DNA of 64,000 bases from Mobula hypostoma (taxonomy: Eukaryota): assembly GCF_963921235.1 (NCBI RefSeq), contig NC_086097.1:185506001-185570000 (forward strand), written 5' to 3'. The notes beneath the pieces were generated by a model. That model searched no databases, was not told the origin of the DNA, and saw only the letters and a list, made by a program, of their open reading frames with translations. The translations under genes were made by a program, and so were the position numbers. Below, one piece after another: positions 12,563-26,933 of the stretch. Numbering within the stretch: position 1 is the first letter of the stretch; the number at the start of each line of letters is the position of its first letter.

Positions 12563-14367
12563 ATAATCAATTAATATTTACTTTCCTCTAATTCCAGCTC
12601 ATCCCCACACTTAAATATTACATCACATTCTGTCAGGAATGATTGATAAGTGCAAGTTAGCTGCCAACTTACTCCATAAACCTTCTTTTCTAACTTTCTT
12701 CTCTACTTTTCTCTAGTCATTTGGGTTTTCCTTATAAGGTATCATTTTAACCCAGCTGTTGATGATCTGTTTTGTAATGTTTATTGAAGCTCCTCTTCCT
12801 TTATTGATATAATCAACTTATTCAGACCCCAATGAAAAGCATAAATCAACAATATACTAGCCATTGTCTTAATCCCTAGAGTTGATCTTTTGTTGTTTTT
12901 ATTTATGAAGAGAACACATAATTAGCTCTTAATTCATTGTTTAAATTTGCATAAAAATATTTTTCATTCAATGCTGGACTCTCACTTTTGCATTGTCAGT
13001 GATGCTTGCATCTAATTCGCCTTTTTTAATTGATTGGAATAGAACTTTTCACTGGTAGTACTTTATGAATCCTAATATATCATGCTAAGTACACGTTGAG
13101 TTATGTTCCTTTTTTAAATGTCATACAATGATTGACAGAGCAGCTAAAAGACCAGTTCTACTACATAGTTCTCAAAATGCCAACAAAACTGTAAGTTGAT
13201 TTTTCAGCCACTCATTCACAAAACTTGGCTTTTGTCATTAGAAGTACGTATTTCAGCTGTTTTCTGTAGTGTCACTAGATGGAGCAGCGCACTCAGCAAA
13301 ATGTCAAATTTTTTGTAACACAATTAATAGAAGATCAGAGTTTATAGTTAGGTTTAAAATTAAAATACTGTACTTGAGACAGAAGGAAGTGGGAAATCTT
13401 ATCTCATGCACAACTGAGAAACTGGACTGGAGCTTGCCAGGAAATGCTAAGAGTACCACAGTGAATTAGCAGTATCTGTCCTGATAAGCATTTGCAAATT
13501 CAGCTGAATTACATGGAAATGCAAGTCTGAACTTGCAGGCCAGGCTGTGCTGAAGGTTGGAGGAAAAAAAATGCAGGTACTGTAAATCTAAACAAAGAGC
13601 AGAAAATGTTGGAGGTACTCAGCAGGTCAAGCAGCATCTCCAAGTATAGAAACTGAATTAAATGCTATACATGGATTACCATACATAAGAACTGGCCAGG
13701 TCTGACATAAATGGGAATGGTTGGTTAAATGAATCTATTACATTCAACAATAAATCCCAAGGACTACAAAGTACCAAGTGAAAGGCTTATGTTGGGCTTT
13801 GCAGGGACGGGGCAAGAAGCCTAAAACGAAGATGATGGGTTCGGAGTGGAATGGAAAATAAGTGATAGGAAACTGAAAATTCAAGGTTACCACTGTAAAC
13901 TAACCAGATACATCGTGTATAATAGTTAGTCTATCTGCACTTGTTTTCTGTACTGTGGTGGAGACCATATCAATGGGTTCCTAGCTACAGTTTGATGTTG
14001 CTGTCTGCTGGGGAAACAGCCCACTAAACCTAAGCCAGACACGGCAAGCCCGTTCGTCTGAAAGGACGGAAATCGTTGTCGTCACATTTTTAAAAATTAT
14101 GTTTAATCTAATAGTTTTAATTGTTAATGTGTTCAAATGATTTAATTATGTTAATATGTTGTTAAATTATTTAATTTATTCTTAATATTTTTAATGCTTT
14201 CTAAACCAAGCATTCTTGACATATTCTTGAAACTTACAAAAACTGGTAAATCTAATGCTGTGACTTTGTCAAAACTCTTCACATTTCATGGGTCATCCAT
14301 TAGGTCTAACCATATACTCACCTTTCAGCAAAATTCACTGGGGATCTGCAAAAGATAAGTTTGAAAT

Positions 14368-16020
14368 ATCCCTGAACACCTCCATCCAGGAAGGCCTCAA
14401 AGCTCTTCATTTGTTTCTAGACACCAAAACCAACCAGTTCTGCTCCACCACTACTCTTCTCAGTCTGGCTGAACTTGTCCTCACTCTTAATAATTCCTCC
14501 TTTGGCTGCTCCCAGTTCCTGCAAATGAAAGGTGTAGCCATGGGCACTCACATGGGTCGCAGCCTTGCCTGCCTGTTTGTCAGCTAAGGGGAACTGTCTA
14601 CGTTCCAAGCCTACACTGGTATCGTTCCCCAACTTTTCCTATGCTACATTGACAACTGCATTGTTGCTTCTTCCTGCATCCATGCAGAGCTTGTCGACTT
14701 TATCAACTTCGCCTCCAACTTTCACCCTCCCCTCAAATTTACCTGGTTCATTTCCGACACCTCCCTACACCTTGTCAATCTCTCTGTCACTATTTCTGGA
14801 GACAGCTTATCTACTGATGTCTATTATAAACCCACTGATTCTCACAGCTACCTGGACTATACCTCTTCCCACCTTGTTACTTGTGAAAATGCCATCCCCT
14901 TCTCTCAATTCCTCCATCTCTGACACATCTGCTCTCAGGATGATGCATTTCATTTGAGAACTAAGGAGATGTTCCCCTTCTTCAAAGAAAGGAGCTTCCC
15001 TTCCTCCACCATCAATGCTGCCCTCAACCGTATCTCTTCTGCTTTGCGCATATCTGCCCTCACCCCATCGCCCTGCCACCCCACCAGGGATAGGGGTCCT
15101 CTTGTCCCCACCTACCACCCCACCAGCCTCCACATCCAACACATAATTCTCCGTAACTTCCATCGTCTCTAGTGGGATTGTCCCACCCAGCACATCTTTC
15201 CCTCCCCTCTACTTCCTGCTTTCCACACGGATCCCTTGTCCATTCATCCCTCCCCACAGAACTCCCTGCTGGCACTTATCCTTGCAAGCAGAACAAGTGC
15301 TACACCTCCACCCTTACTACCAATCAGGACCCCAGACAGTCTTTCCAAGTGAGGTGACACTCCACCTGCGAGTCCTTTCGGGTCATCGACTGTACCTAGT
15401 GCTCCCGGTGTGGTCTCCTGTATATTGGTGAGACCTGATGCAGATCGGGAGAACACTTCACTGAGCACCTACACTTCATCCACCAGAAAAAGCCGGATCT
15501 CCCAATGTCCACCCATTTTAATTCCATTCTGATTCCAATATGTCATTCCATCGCCCCTCTACTGTCTCGATGAGGCCACAGGTTGGAGGAGCAACACCTT
15601 ATATTCCATCTTGGTAGCTTCCAGCCTGATGGCACAAACACTTATTTTTCAAACTTCTTGTAATGCCCCCACCCCGCCTTCACCACTCCCCATTTCCATT
15701 TCGCCTCTCATCTTATCAGTTCCCTCTGCTGCTCCTCCCCCTTTTCTTTCTTCCATTACTTTCCATGCTCTCCTATCAGATGCCCTTCTCCAGCCCTGTA
15801 TCTCCGCCAATCAACTTCTCAACTCTTTACTTCACCCCTCCACCTCCTCCCAGTTTCACCTATCACCTTGTGATTCTTCCTATCCTCACCCACTTTCTTA
15901 CTCTGACTCCTCATCTTTTATTCCAGTCCCGATGAAGGGTCTCGGCCCGAAACATCGATTGTACCGTTTTCCATTGATGCGGCCTGGCCTGCTGAGTTCA
16001 TCCAGCATTTTGTGCATGAT
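14368..16020 (+). mobile_element. Degenerate Penelope-like element (RT, GIY-YIG, pseudo-LTR)
   Basis: ORF 14288..14587 has LAELVLTLNN...FLQMKGVAMGTHMG, a PLE RT motif. The following CYIDN is a decayed RYIDD. Downstream sequence matches the 27952-29169 copy, with multiple stops and frameshifts. Confidence 0.87.
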
Positions 16021-16857
16021 GTTTGAAATATTTCTGTACATATTAGTGATCGTGAGTAGCTCACTGCTGTTTACAAGATTTGACCCACTATATTAGTACA
16101 AAAGCAATTATACTGTGGATACTGCAAATCTGAAATTATTTATTCAGATAACATTCAAAAGCCAGTCATAATCTGCAAAGAAAGAAAAACAATTAACGTT
16201 GAAGGTAGATGACATTTCATATAGATATAACTACCCGGAAATTCATTAGCACTTGTTTCAGGAATATTAAAAAATCATTAAGAAGCATGCCCATTCTAAT
16301 TCACTGCTGTGCATTAGGAATATAGTTCTAGATTGAAGTTCCACTGCAAGAACAACGTGAGGGTTTCTGCCACTGCCTTTATATTTGGATAACAAAGTAT
16401 GCAAATACCACTGGTGGGATTTCTCAAAGCTGCTTGAAATCTGCTGTGTTCAGACCAGTACAAGATCTAGCCAACACAATTGACAAGCCACTGCAGCAAA
16501 AAAAAAATGGGTAGTGTGACTGAGAGACAAAAGGGGGAAGAATGCTTCACAGAATATAGGTGGATTAAATCCTCATCTTTTCGTCCAGCCCTGATGAACA
16601 GTCTCAGCCCAAAACTCCATTCCTAACAAAGTACAATAACATCATAAGAAATTTGAAGATGAGAGCTCTGACACTCTTATTCAGATAGTCTTCCTGTGTC
16701 TGTTATTCAGTGTGCAGAAAGGTAAATATCCTGTCGTAGATTCAGTGATGCAAGAATGTCAGTGGACTAATGATGTTGCCTCCCATTTAACTTTCAGGCC
16801 AAAATTGCTTATCCATGGATGTGCATCCCTACTGAATCACTTATGATTCATTATGAT

Positions 16858-18720
16858 GAGCAGAATTAGGCCATTTGGATCATCATGTCAGCTCCGCTAT
16901 TCGATAATGGCTGATTTATTTTCCCTCTCAGCTCCATTCTGCTGCCTTCTTCCCATAACCATTGATGCCCTTACTCACCAAGCACCTATCAAACCCATTT
17001 TAAATATACCCAATTATTAAGCATCCACAGCCATTCAAGGCAATGAAAACCACATATTTGCCACTCTCAGGTTGGAAAAAGTTTTCATTTCTGTTTTAGA
17101 AGGATGCCCTTAGATTCTGAGACTATGACCTCTAGTGCTAAATTTCCCACTATTGAAAACGTCCTGTCCATGTACACTCCATCTACGCCTTTCAACATTT
17201 GGTACGTCTCAATGACAGCACTGCTTATTCTTCTAAACTCCAGCAAGTACAGGCATAGAGTCATCAAATACTCCTCATCATTCCTGGAATCACTCTTCTA
17301 AACCTCCTCTGGGTCCTCTCCAATGCCAACATATGTTTCCTTAGATATAGAGCCCAAACTGACCACAATGCTCCAAGTATGCTCTGACTAACGTCATACA
17401 AAGCCTCAGTATAATATCCTTGCTTTATATTCTAAACAGTTCATGAAACCATGAACACTACCTATTTTGCTCTTTTTGCAATACTTATACTGTAAATTAC
17501 AATAAGTATATATTTTATATATTGCACTGTACTGCCGCAAAACAAATTTCACAACAGTTAATACAAAACTGATTCAAATTGCATTTGCATTCCTTACCAT
17601 TGACTAAAACTGCCTGTTAATCTTGAGGAATCTTCTACAAGGATTCCCAAGTCCCTTTTCACCTCTGACTTCTGAATTCGCTACCTATTTAGAAAATAGT
17701 CTACACCTTTATTGCTCTACCGAAGTGCATGACCATACACTTCCCTATGTGTATTCCAGCTACCAGTTCATTGTCCATTCACCTAATCTATCCAAGCCCT
17801 CCTGCAGATTCCCTGCTTCTTCAACACTGCCTACCTCACCACCTATCTTTATATCATTCACAACTTAACCACAAAGCTATCAATTCAGTCAAAGGAAGTG
17901 GTTCCAACACTGATCCCTGCAGAGTACTACTAGTCACTGGCAGCAAACTGGAAAAGGCCCACATTATTCCCACTCTTTGCTGCCTACCAATCAGGTTTAT
18001 GATTCTCTGTCTTTTGTCTCCCTCCCTTCTTAATGAGTGGAGTGATATTTGCAATTTTGTAGTCCTCTGGAACCATTCGAATCTAGTGATGCCTCCACAA
18101 TCTCTTCAGCTACCTCTTACCTGGGGTGTAGACCATCTGGTCCAGGTGACTTATCTACCTTAAGGCCTTTCAGGTTCTCAAGTACCTTCTTCTTAGTAAT
18201 AGCAACTACAGTCACTTCTGCCCCTTGACACTCAGTTTCTGGCATACTACTGATAGCTTCCACAGAGAAGACGAATAAAAAATGCTTAATGGGTTTCTCT
18301 GCCATTTCTTTGTCGCCCATTACTACCTCTCCTGCATCATTTTCCAATGGTCCTGGAGGAAACCCATTCAAGGAACATGGAGAATGCGCAAACTCCTTAC
18401 AGTTTCTCCCTCTGAAACTGCAGCGTGAATTCTGCCCGAGTTCCTTTATCTAATGAAATTTGATTCATTGCTTTACAACAAATCCAGAACTGCCTTTTCT
18501 CTTGTGGACTTGGCTACAATCTGTTCTGAAAAGGCATCTCGAAGGCATTCTACAGATTTTTTTTTGGGATCCAGTAGCAAACTGACTTTCCCAATCTTCC
18601 ATTGCAATTTATACCCTACATCCAGGCTACTATTCAGAAGTCTTTGTACATTTGCAGATCCTTAACTCTATCCAAAAGGATTCTACACCTTCTGATCCTA
18701 TATCACTTATTTCTAAGTGA
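16858..18720 (-). mobile_element. Cluster of old CR1 fragments
   Basis: ORFs 17854..18054 (VTSSTLQGSVLEP) and 18117..18371 (LKGLKVDKSPGPDGLHPR) are CR1 ORF2-like. CR1 3' UTR-like sequence at 16860-17050. Boundaries approximate. Confidence 0.75.
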
Positions 18721-18739
18721 TAATGGTTTCATTGACTAC

Positions 18740-19880
18740 CAAGACCAAGTAGTAAAGATTGCCAAAATGCTTTTGATAAGGTGCCACACAAAAGGCTTAT
18801 CAGGAAAGATTCAAAGCTTGCTAATAGCCAACAGAAGAGCATCAGGAATGGCTGTGTCTCAACCAGGAGGAAGGGGAATAATGGCATTCTCCAGAGATTA
18901 GCATTAGAGCCATTGCAATTTTTGGTCCATATTAATGATCCATTGTTGGTTAAAGAAACACACACTTTTGTGAATTAGGATGAGGATAGTGATAAAATGC
19001 AGTCAGATATAAATAGGCTGATCAAATAGGCAGATTGATAGCAGAGGAAGTTTAATGTGGAGAAATATGAAATGATGTAATTTGGTAGGCAGAATAGGGT
19101 GAGACAACAGAATAAAGGATCTAAAGGAGCAGCAGGAAAGGACACCTGGGGGTCTGGGAACACATCATCAGAAAGGCCAGAGCAGGTTGAAAAAGTGATT
19201 AATAAGGCAAGCACAATTAGGAGTTTTATCAACAGAAGAATGGAATTAAAAAAAAGCAGGGAAGTCATGCTGAACCTTTATAAAACACTGGTTCCACTTC
19301 AAGTATTGTGTTCAGTTTGGGTCACCTCATTATAGGAAGGAAATTAAGGCATTACAAAGGATTAATACATTTTTTTAAAGTGTTTGGATTGAAGGACTAC
19401 AGTTACAAAGATAGATGAGAGAAGTTGAGGTTGTTTCCTTAAGAGTAGAGAAAGCTAGTTGTTAGACAGCTGTTCCTGTTGGTGGGGGGGGGGGGGTTTG
19501 AGGACTAAAGATGGTAAGTGTGAAAAGAAAAGGAAGAAAATTAGTAATGACGAGGGAAAACATTCCTATGCAGTATTAGATTAGATTCAATTTTATTGTC
19601 ATTGTGCCGAGTACAGATACAAGGCCAATGAAATGCAGTTAGCATCTAACCAGAAATGCAAAGAATAGTGTTATTTACAAAATAACTGCAAGTAAAAAGT
19701 AAGTGCTACAGCACACAAATATAAATATACTGAGACAGTGTGGTTGGAATCTAGAATACTGTACACTGCTTGCAAATATGGATCTTCAAGAGCGAACTGG
19801 ATAAATAAATGAAGAAACATTTGCAAAACTATGGAGAAGGGGCATGGGGTGGAACTAATGAATTATTCTGGCAGAAAGTT
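18740..19880 (+). mobile_element. Very old CR1-like RT/3' fragment
   Basis: Traces of AFDKVPH (gcttttgataaggtgccacac, 18769-18789) and SREVMLNLYKTLV (ORF 19099..19335). Confidence 0.65.
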
Positions 19881-20269
19881 AGTGTAGACACAATGGGCTA
19901 TGAAAATCTGGTTAGGTTGAGATTGACCAGAAACAGGCATGTTTTAGAAACCTGACATAATTTCCAATAGAATTGCTCTAAGACTATGTTTTATGATTGT
20001 CATCCTGTGACAGGTTTTCAAGATAAAACCAATCCCAAGTAGGAAATTTGTTCAAATTGATAATGATCATTTCATAACGCTTGTTATTTTTGAAAGGTAT
20101 TAGAAATAATCAGCAGGTTAAACAGCAGCTGAATAGAGAGAGAAAAAGTCAATATTTTCAATAAATAGCCTTTCCTCAGAGCTACAAACATATTTCAAAA
20201 TTCCTGATGAAAGACACTTTTGAATGCCTTGCACTTATTGTCCTACTGTCTCTATTAGTCAGAGCACTA

Positions 20270-21200
20270 ACACACAGAAGCAAGGCCTCCTAGTCCATGC
20301 CGAACTGTTATTCTGCCTAGACTCACACCTGGACATAGCCCTCCATACCCCTTCCATCCATGTACTTATCCAAACTTCTCTTAAACGTTGCAATTGACCC
20401 CACATCCACCATTTCCACCGGCAGCTAGTTCTGCACTTGCACCTCCCTGTGAGTGAAGAAGTTCTCCATCAGGTTCTCCTTAAACATTTCACCTTTTACA
20501 CATGACATTTAGTTCTAGTCGTACCCGACCTCAGTGGAAGAAGCCTGCTTGCATTTACTCTATCTATACCCCTCATAATTTTGTATACCTCTATCACATC
20601 TCCTCTCATTCTCCTAAACGCTAGGGAATAAATCCCTAATCTTTTTAACCCTTCCCTGTAATTCAGGATCTCAAGTTATGGAAATAACCTTATAAATTTT
20701 CTCTGTACTCTTCCAATCTTATTGTTATCTTTCCTATAGGTAGATGGTCATAATTCCATACAATACTCCAAATTAAGCCTTACCAACAAATTTTACAATT
20801 TCAACATAACATCTCAACTCCTTTACCCATTACTGTACCAAAAAGCTCTTTTTACAACCCTATATACTTGTAATGCCACTTTCAAAAAATTATGGATCTG
20901 TATTCTCAGATCCCTTTGTTCTACCACATTCTTGCGTGCTCTACCATTCAATGTGTAAGTCCTACTCTGGTTTGTCCTCTCAAAGTGCACATCTCACAAT
21001 TGTCTGCATTAAATTCCATCTGCCATTTTTCCATCTGATCTAGATCTAACTGCAAGTTTTGATAGCCTTCACCACTGTCCACTTCACCCCCAGTCTTGGT
21101 GTCATCTATAAATTTGCTGATCCAGTTTACAACATTATCATCTAAATCATTAAAATAGATGGGAAAAAACATGGGATCTAGCACCGATCCCTGCAACACA
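20270..21200 (-). mobile_element. CR1 3' fragment
   Basis: ORF 20948..21199 reads QGSVLDPMFFPIYFNDLD...ISKFIDDTKTGG...WQMEFNADNCE. Confidence 0.8.
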
Positions 21201-22124
21201 CAAAGGCAGTGCCTTGAACAGGAATTTCAGTCCTGAGCCCTCAGATTATAAATCTGATCTTCTACCGACTATGCTACCCAGGCCGCAGCTGAATAATACT
21301 AAATCATTGAATTAAAAACATTATGAAGCCTCATCTCAATTTAAATATGGTCAGTATAGGTAGGTTTTTCTCTCTAAAGAAGACAATGACAACCTGGTGG
21401 ATAGCAAATTGGCATCAGTACATGTTAGGTATTAGAGCCTAAGTCCTGTTAGATCATTGTTGTTACTCCTGACTACTAATTTTAGTAAAAAAAAACTCTA
21501 AAAAATACCACAAAAAAACTTGTTACCAAAATTAAAGACCTTACTGGCCTGTGACAACATACCAGCTGAAGCAGCTTCACATGCAAATATATTTTTATTT
21601 AAGTCAACATAAATGTTATAGTCAAGCCAAATATTTAGATCAAAAGTTCTAATTTCAAATCAAATATGTGTTGCATCCCATACCAAAAGAGCTTATTTCT
21701 GAATAAAATTTTACTACTCTAGGCTTGGATCTCTGTTTAATTTCTGATTCTTAGGGTTCTTCCAGGAGTCAAGAATGGCAAGCAGTTTATTTTAGAGTAC
21801 GAACAAGCACACAAATACTATGCAAACTAAGTAGAACTAAGAAAAGATTGGAAATAATGTTAAAGAGTGAGACAAAGGAATAAAAACCACTTCTGTAGAA
21901 AAATGCTTCAGAAAATTCTTATCACTTTTATAGACAAGACATTCCTTAGATAATGATGAATCAATAGGCTACATCATTAGAACAATTACATCATGTTGGT
22001 AATGTGCTAATACATAGCCAATGAAAAAGAGAAAGGTGATAAGCTGTTAGTTTAACTGCTGTACCGTTTTCTGCCAGTGAGTGTGAAAAATACTAGTTAA
22101 AAAGTACAAATCTTATTAAAAACC

Positions 22125-22605
22125 AGTGGTTTCCGACAGTCTCTACCAAAGGAGCGGTACGGTGCTCCTTCCCTCCACTAGCCTGTAGGTCATCCTTGGG
22201 TAAGGTGTAGCACTTGCTTAGTCCCTGTCAGGGTCACATGAAGCCATGGGAGCAGATGGTGGATGATTGTAGCTGCAGCTGGTGAATATCACAAGCGCTG
22301 GAAATCCAAGCAACACACACAAAATGGTGGAGGAACTCAGAAGGCCAGGTAGCATCAAGGAAAAGAGTACAGTCAATGTTTTGGGCTGAAACCCTTCAGC
22401 AGGACTGTCCTGGTTATGCGACCACTGATGCCAAGCAATCTCTGAAACGTATTGATAATGGCTGGGATCACCCATCTTGTAAAGTCATCACCCATAAGAA
22501 GTCAATGGCAAACCACTTTTGTAGAAAAATTTGCTAAGGGTAATCCTGGTCATGGAAAAACCATAATCACCTACATCACACAACACTGCATATAACAAAC
22601 GAACT
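22125..22605 (+). mobile_element. Probable RTE-related short element interrupted by a Penelope pseudo-LTR (~22296-22406, minus strand)
   Basis: RTE-tail-like aatggcaaaccacttttgtagaaaaatttgc at ~22504. The central segment matches PLE termini elsewhere in the window. Confidence 0.5.
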
Positions 22606-23286
22606 GCGGACTGGAAATCTAAATTTCTATCAGTTAGATTTAGTAATTTGAGAGATATTAGTTATGAAACTAGTGAATTAAAAAATCAGGTTAATATCTT
22701 TTATAACAGTAATGAACTTCAAATGCTCATCACTACTCCATGATTTAGATGCAAACATATTTACTAGAGTCATTGTACCAGCCAAGAAGAGATTTAAGCC
22801 ATGTCTCCAGGATATGCTGGCTGTCAAACATGACAAGGATTTGGAATGTTTTTAGTATAACAAAAGCCAACTGAACATCCATTTTGTTAATTTTTTGGAA
22901 GGAAGTCCAACTGAGGTTTCAGCTTCCAGGAGCAAAAAGGCAATAATATTGTTGCAGCACAAGGACGAACTGTGCCCTTTATCCATTTCAAATGTATAAA
23001 GCAACACAATAGGATTTTTAAAAAATATATTTCAACTTGTTTTCACCAAAAATATGAAGAGTCTAAAGGTCACAAAAACACAAACTTTTCTAAAAAAAAA
23101 TGACTGATTTAACAAGTAATATTAAAACAGAAAAAAAGTGTGAAACAGCCATGATCGCATGTTGATGTTTGGGATCTACAGAACATCTGAGAATAATCTG
23201 GACATTGTGAGCTTTCCTTGTTTAATTTTAGAGCATCATCTTAATTGTACATCATTAACAGTTCACAACTTCTAGACTGTTTTCAA

Positions 23287-23292
23287 TTTATT
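23287..23292 (-). promoter_or_regulatory. Candidate polyadenylation signal AATAAA for LRRC69
   Basis: tttatt on the + strand reads AATAAA on the minus strand, about 22 nt after the stop codon. The region is AT-rich, so a chance match is possible. Confidence 0.4.
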
Positions 23293-23313
23293 AATAGTCA
23301 TTATCCCATATGG

Positions 23314-23424
23314 TTATGGCATTGCTATTGCATAGTATTGATGGTCCGATTTATTGAAACATTTATATGAACAAAGTAAGGCCCGAACAGGGACAACATG
23401 AGCAGGTCTGGTCATTCTAATTTT
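23314..23424 (-). CDS. LRRC69: LRRC69-like last coding exon (36 aa + TAA)
   Basis: ttttttctctttcag|AAA...CCA TAA. Translates KIRMTRPAHVVPVRALLCSYKCFNKSDHQYYAIAMP*. The CSYKCF motif matches the LRRC69 C-terminus. Confidence 0.92.
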   Translation of the reverse strand, partial: KIRMTRPAHVVPVRALLCSYKCFNKSDHQYYAIAMP

Positions 23425-24874
23425 CTGAAAGAGAAAAAAAAAAGTATATATAAATAAACAACTCAGGTACAATATAAAAAATAAATAGATAATCCTAATG
23501 TCCCTAAACACCCATATAAAATACAAATTGTAAAACAATATTAATCATTTTTTCCATCTCACAAAGATATTTGTAATAAATCTAAAGAATAACTTACAGG
23601 TGAATAATTCTTGATTTTATTATTTTATCTTTGAAATGAGAATTGTTGAATAATTTGCCACTCAGATCAGATTCGTGGCATGTTTGCATGTAAATATATT
23701 TTAATTTACACCAACATAAATGCTCTTGTCAAGACAAATTTTTGTATCAAAAGTCATAATTTAAAGTAAAACGAATGTTGCACCAAAATAGCATCAAAGA
23801 TTCTATTGTTGAGTAAGATAAAATCATGATAAATGCTCCATTTTGATTATTTATTTTTCTTTTGCTTTTCCACCTTTTAGACAATTCTGATATTTTAATA
23901 AACTTAAAACTTTAAAAAGCAAATTTGAAAACTAACATTCATTCAACTGGAAAATTTTGCTGCATGCCTATTTTGCCCTAAGTTTCAGAATGTTGATAAC
24001 CTTTAGTGCTGATCACAAAATGATGAGAGGTAAGGGATTGCTATTATGATCTCAGCAGGAGACAACTGAGGCAATATGCTTCCATTATTGAGTGCTTATT
24101 TCACGACGTTATCGCAATAGAAGTTAGGAATCTTGAGCAGGTCTACGCTCCATTTACAGGCATTGTAAAATCTGCTTATGAACCCTGTAACATGAGAACT
24201 TCAGTATCCCTTTTCATGTTTTTAAATCAGCACTCAAAGTTAATCCCCAACTTCAATTTGCTACCGTGTATATATTCAATTGCAAAATGAGCCAGGAATT
24301 CTATATCTTTTATACGCCATCGCCACTTTTGATATGGGGTCCAGGTTTAGGGTAGAGAAGGCAATTCCACTGTACGCTCTATCAATCAGGACACAGAAAA
24401 GCTGCTTGTCCAGAAAGAGCAAAGATTAACTAAGGGGTATGTTGATAGGTGTTGTCCAGGATTCAGGGGACAATTGGAAGGTGATTGCCAAAGTCACAAT
24501 GTATTACAGAGCCAAAAATAGCAATCCTGCTTTTTCTAAATCTACAATGAAAATTATCAATCATTTACGTTAGCCACCATCAGCAGTGTACTTAAAGTCT
24601 GGAGGTGCACTTGAGAACACTGACAAAGGCAGACATTTACAGACTGCAGCTAAGTTGCTGGAAACATTTTAAAGATATGAAATATGCATTGATACCTCAA
24701 ATGTACATGCAATAAGCCTATTGCTTGCATTGGAAGAGCTTCATTCTAAACAAATCAGAAGTGTTACACTTTCACCACCTGTTACATTCAACAGGTAATA
24801 TCATTGCCCTGTAGCCAACTCTCAAGCTATATCCATTTCTGTTAGGAAATAATATTTAACAACAAACATTTTAC

Positions 24875-25048
24875 CTGCGTTAGATCAACAAATTTCACAC
24901 ATTCAAGCCATGTGTTCAGAAAACTTCTTTGACACACAGCACATCGGCTCGCATTTTTCAATATCTTTCTCAATTCTGGGTAATATTCAAAACCTGAATT
25001 GAATGAATTACTTGTCAGCTCATCCAAGATATATCTTGCTGTAATCTC
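24875..25048 (-). CDS. LRRC69: LRRC69-like coding exon (174 bp)
   Basis: ttcatctttactgaag|GAG...ACG CAG|gtaaaa. Translates EITARYILDELTSNSFNSGFEYYPELRKILKNASRCAVCQRSFLNTWLECVKFVDLTQ. The CxxC and WLECVxFV motifs are characteristic of the LRRC69 C-terminus as recalled. Confidence 0.92.
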
Positions 25049-26694
25049 CTTCAGTAAAGATGAAGAATATGCAATTAGGAGAGCAATGATGGAATAACAC
25101 AAGAGACTAGTGAATATTTGAATCCCCCTCATACTGTAGAAGAAATACGTCAATCAATGATGACAATCATGTGAAATTATTTCTGATAGGCTACAACATG
25201 TTGTAAGCTGACATTTCTAAGTGAGAACCATAGATAGGTGGCTGTTGTGAGAAAGGAAAGGGGTAAAACCAATTCCAGATATAAAACATTGAAGAGTCGT
25301 GTACTGAGTTTCAATTACCTAAAGCAGGGCAACATAATCACAATCTCCAAGACAGAATGGAAGTTGCCTGAATGTTATGCCAGCTGCAATCCACCAACCT
25401 TGGCTGCAGTATTTGCATGTATTAATCTTATCATGCAAGTCTTTCTTGATACAAAATGGCCCAGTAAGTATGCCGTCTATTTCCTCATCTTTCAAGCATC
25501 CTGACAGTCAAAAAGATGATTTTTTTTTCTTAACCTCACATATCTATATAAGGAATGAACACAACTACTTGAAGAAAAAATTTTAAAACACATAAAACCA
25601 TGACACTGTAATGAATTTCTGGCAAATCCAGAATAATTCATGAGGGTTGATAAGTGCTAACTTCAATATTCCCTATATTGCTTAAAAATAATAATTTCAG
25701 AATCATGAGATGTCTGCTATCATTTGCAGCACCAGAGGGAGGCGATGGGCAGGTAAGGAGATAAGGTGAGAGAGGGAGAAGAGGATGGATAATGAAGGGG
25801 TAGGGGGAGCGCATTACCGGAAGTTTGAGAAATCGATGTTCGTGCCATCAGGTTGTATGTTTCCTAGATCGGGGGAGTCCAGGACCAGAGGGCATAGCTT
25901 CAGAAACAAGGACACCCCATTAGAATAGAGAAGAGGAATTTTTCCAGCCTGAGGGTGATGAATCTGTGGCATTCATTGCCACAGCCAGCTGTGGAAGGCA
26001 AGTCATTGGGTATATTTCAAACAGATGTTGATAAGTTCTTGACTAGTAAGGTTGTCAAAAGTTTTGGGGAGAAGGCAGGAGAATAGGATTGAGAGGGACA
26101 ATAAATCAGCCATGATGGAATGACAGCAACACACACAAAATGCTGGAGGAACTCACTAGGCTAGGGAGCATCTGTGGAGAAAAGTACAGTCGACGTATTT
26201 TTGGCAGGAAGGGTTTTGGCTCGAAACACGTCTTATGGTCTTATGATATGTGAAACACTAGAAGATATGCTTTTATGGTTAAAGTGGGTAAGTTTGAAGG
26301 CAACTTGAGGGGCAAGTTCTTTTTATGCAGAGAATGGTTAGCACCTGGAATGGTAGTGGATCAGAAAGCGGTATGGTGGAGTTTAAGATTATTTTAGATA
26401 GGACACATGAACATGAAGGCAGGGATATGGATCTGAAACTGGAAGAGGACACTTAGCATAAATCAGCACAACACTGGGGGCTGAATGGCCTGTTCAGTGT
26501 TGTCCTGTTCTATGTTAATTGACTATACCCTCTGATTTGATATAATCAAGTGTAATCAATTTTAATTAAGTTTTGAAATGAAATAATCGACACTATTTAG
26601 AAACAAGAGGTTTGTATACAGTACATACAGTACCTATAAAAAATTCATTCAGCACATCATCCAGCCTATGCTCTTATGGCCCACTACCCACAAC

Positions 26695-26933
26695 TGGTAT
26701 TAGCGCAATGCTATGACATCTCATGGTATCAGAGTTCAGTTCCCACGTCATCCGTAAGGAGTCCGTACACCCTCCCTGTGGGATACGTTGGTTTTCTCAG
26801 GGTGCTCCGGTTTCCACCCACAGCTAGTAACCTATCCCATGAGTAGGCTAGGGGTAAATCAGGGGTTGCTTGGTGGGTCAGCTCAAAGAGCCAGAGAGCC
26901 TATTCGGTGCTGTATCTCACTAAATAAATAAAT
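26695..26933 (+). mobile_element. V-SINE-like element
   Basis: V-domain-like ggttttctcagggtgctccggtttccacccaca, a decayed tRNA head and a (taaa)n tail. Confidence 0.6.

Noticed and set aside
21882..21904. Short match (aaaccacttctgtagaaaaat) to the repeat tail at ~22510
   Set aside because: About 21 bp in AT-rich sequence with no further homology or TSD. It could be chance or a tiny remnant.
1..23280. SLC26A7 coding exons expected downstream of LRRC69 by human synteny
   Set aside because: No SLC26-like peptide was recognised in the ORF track or by eye. The gene may start outside the window.
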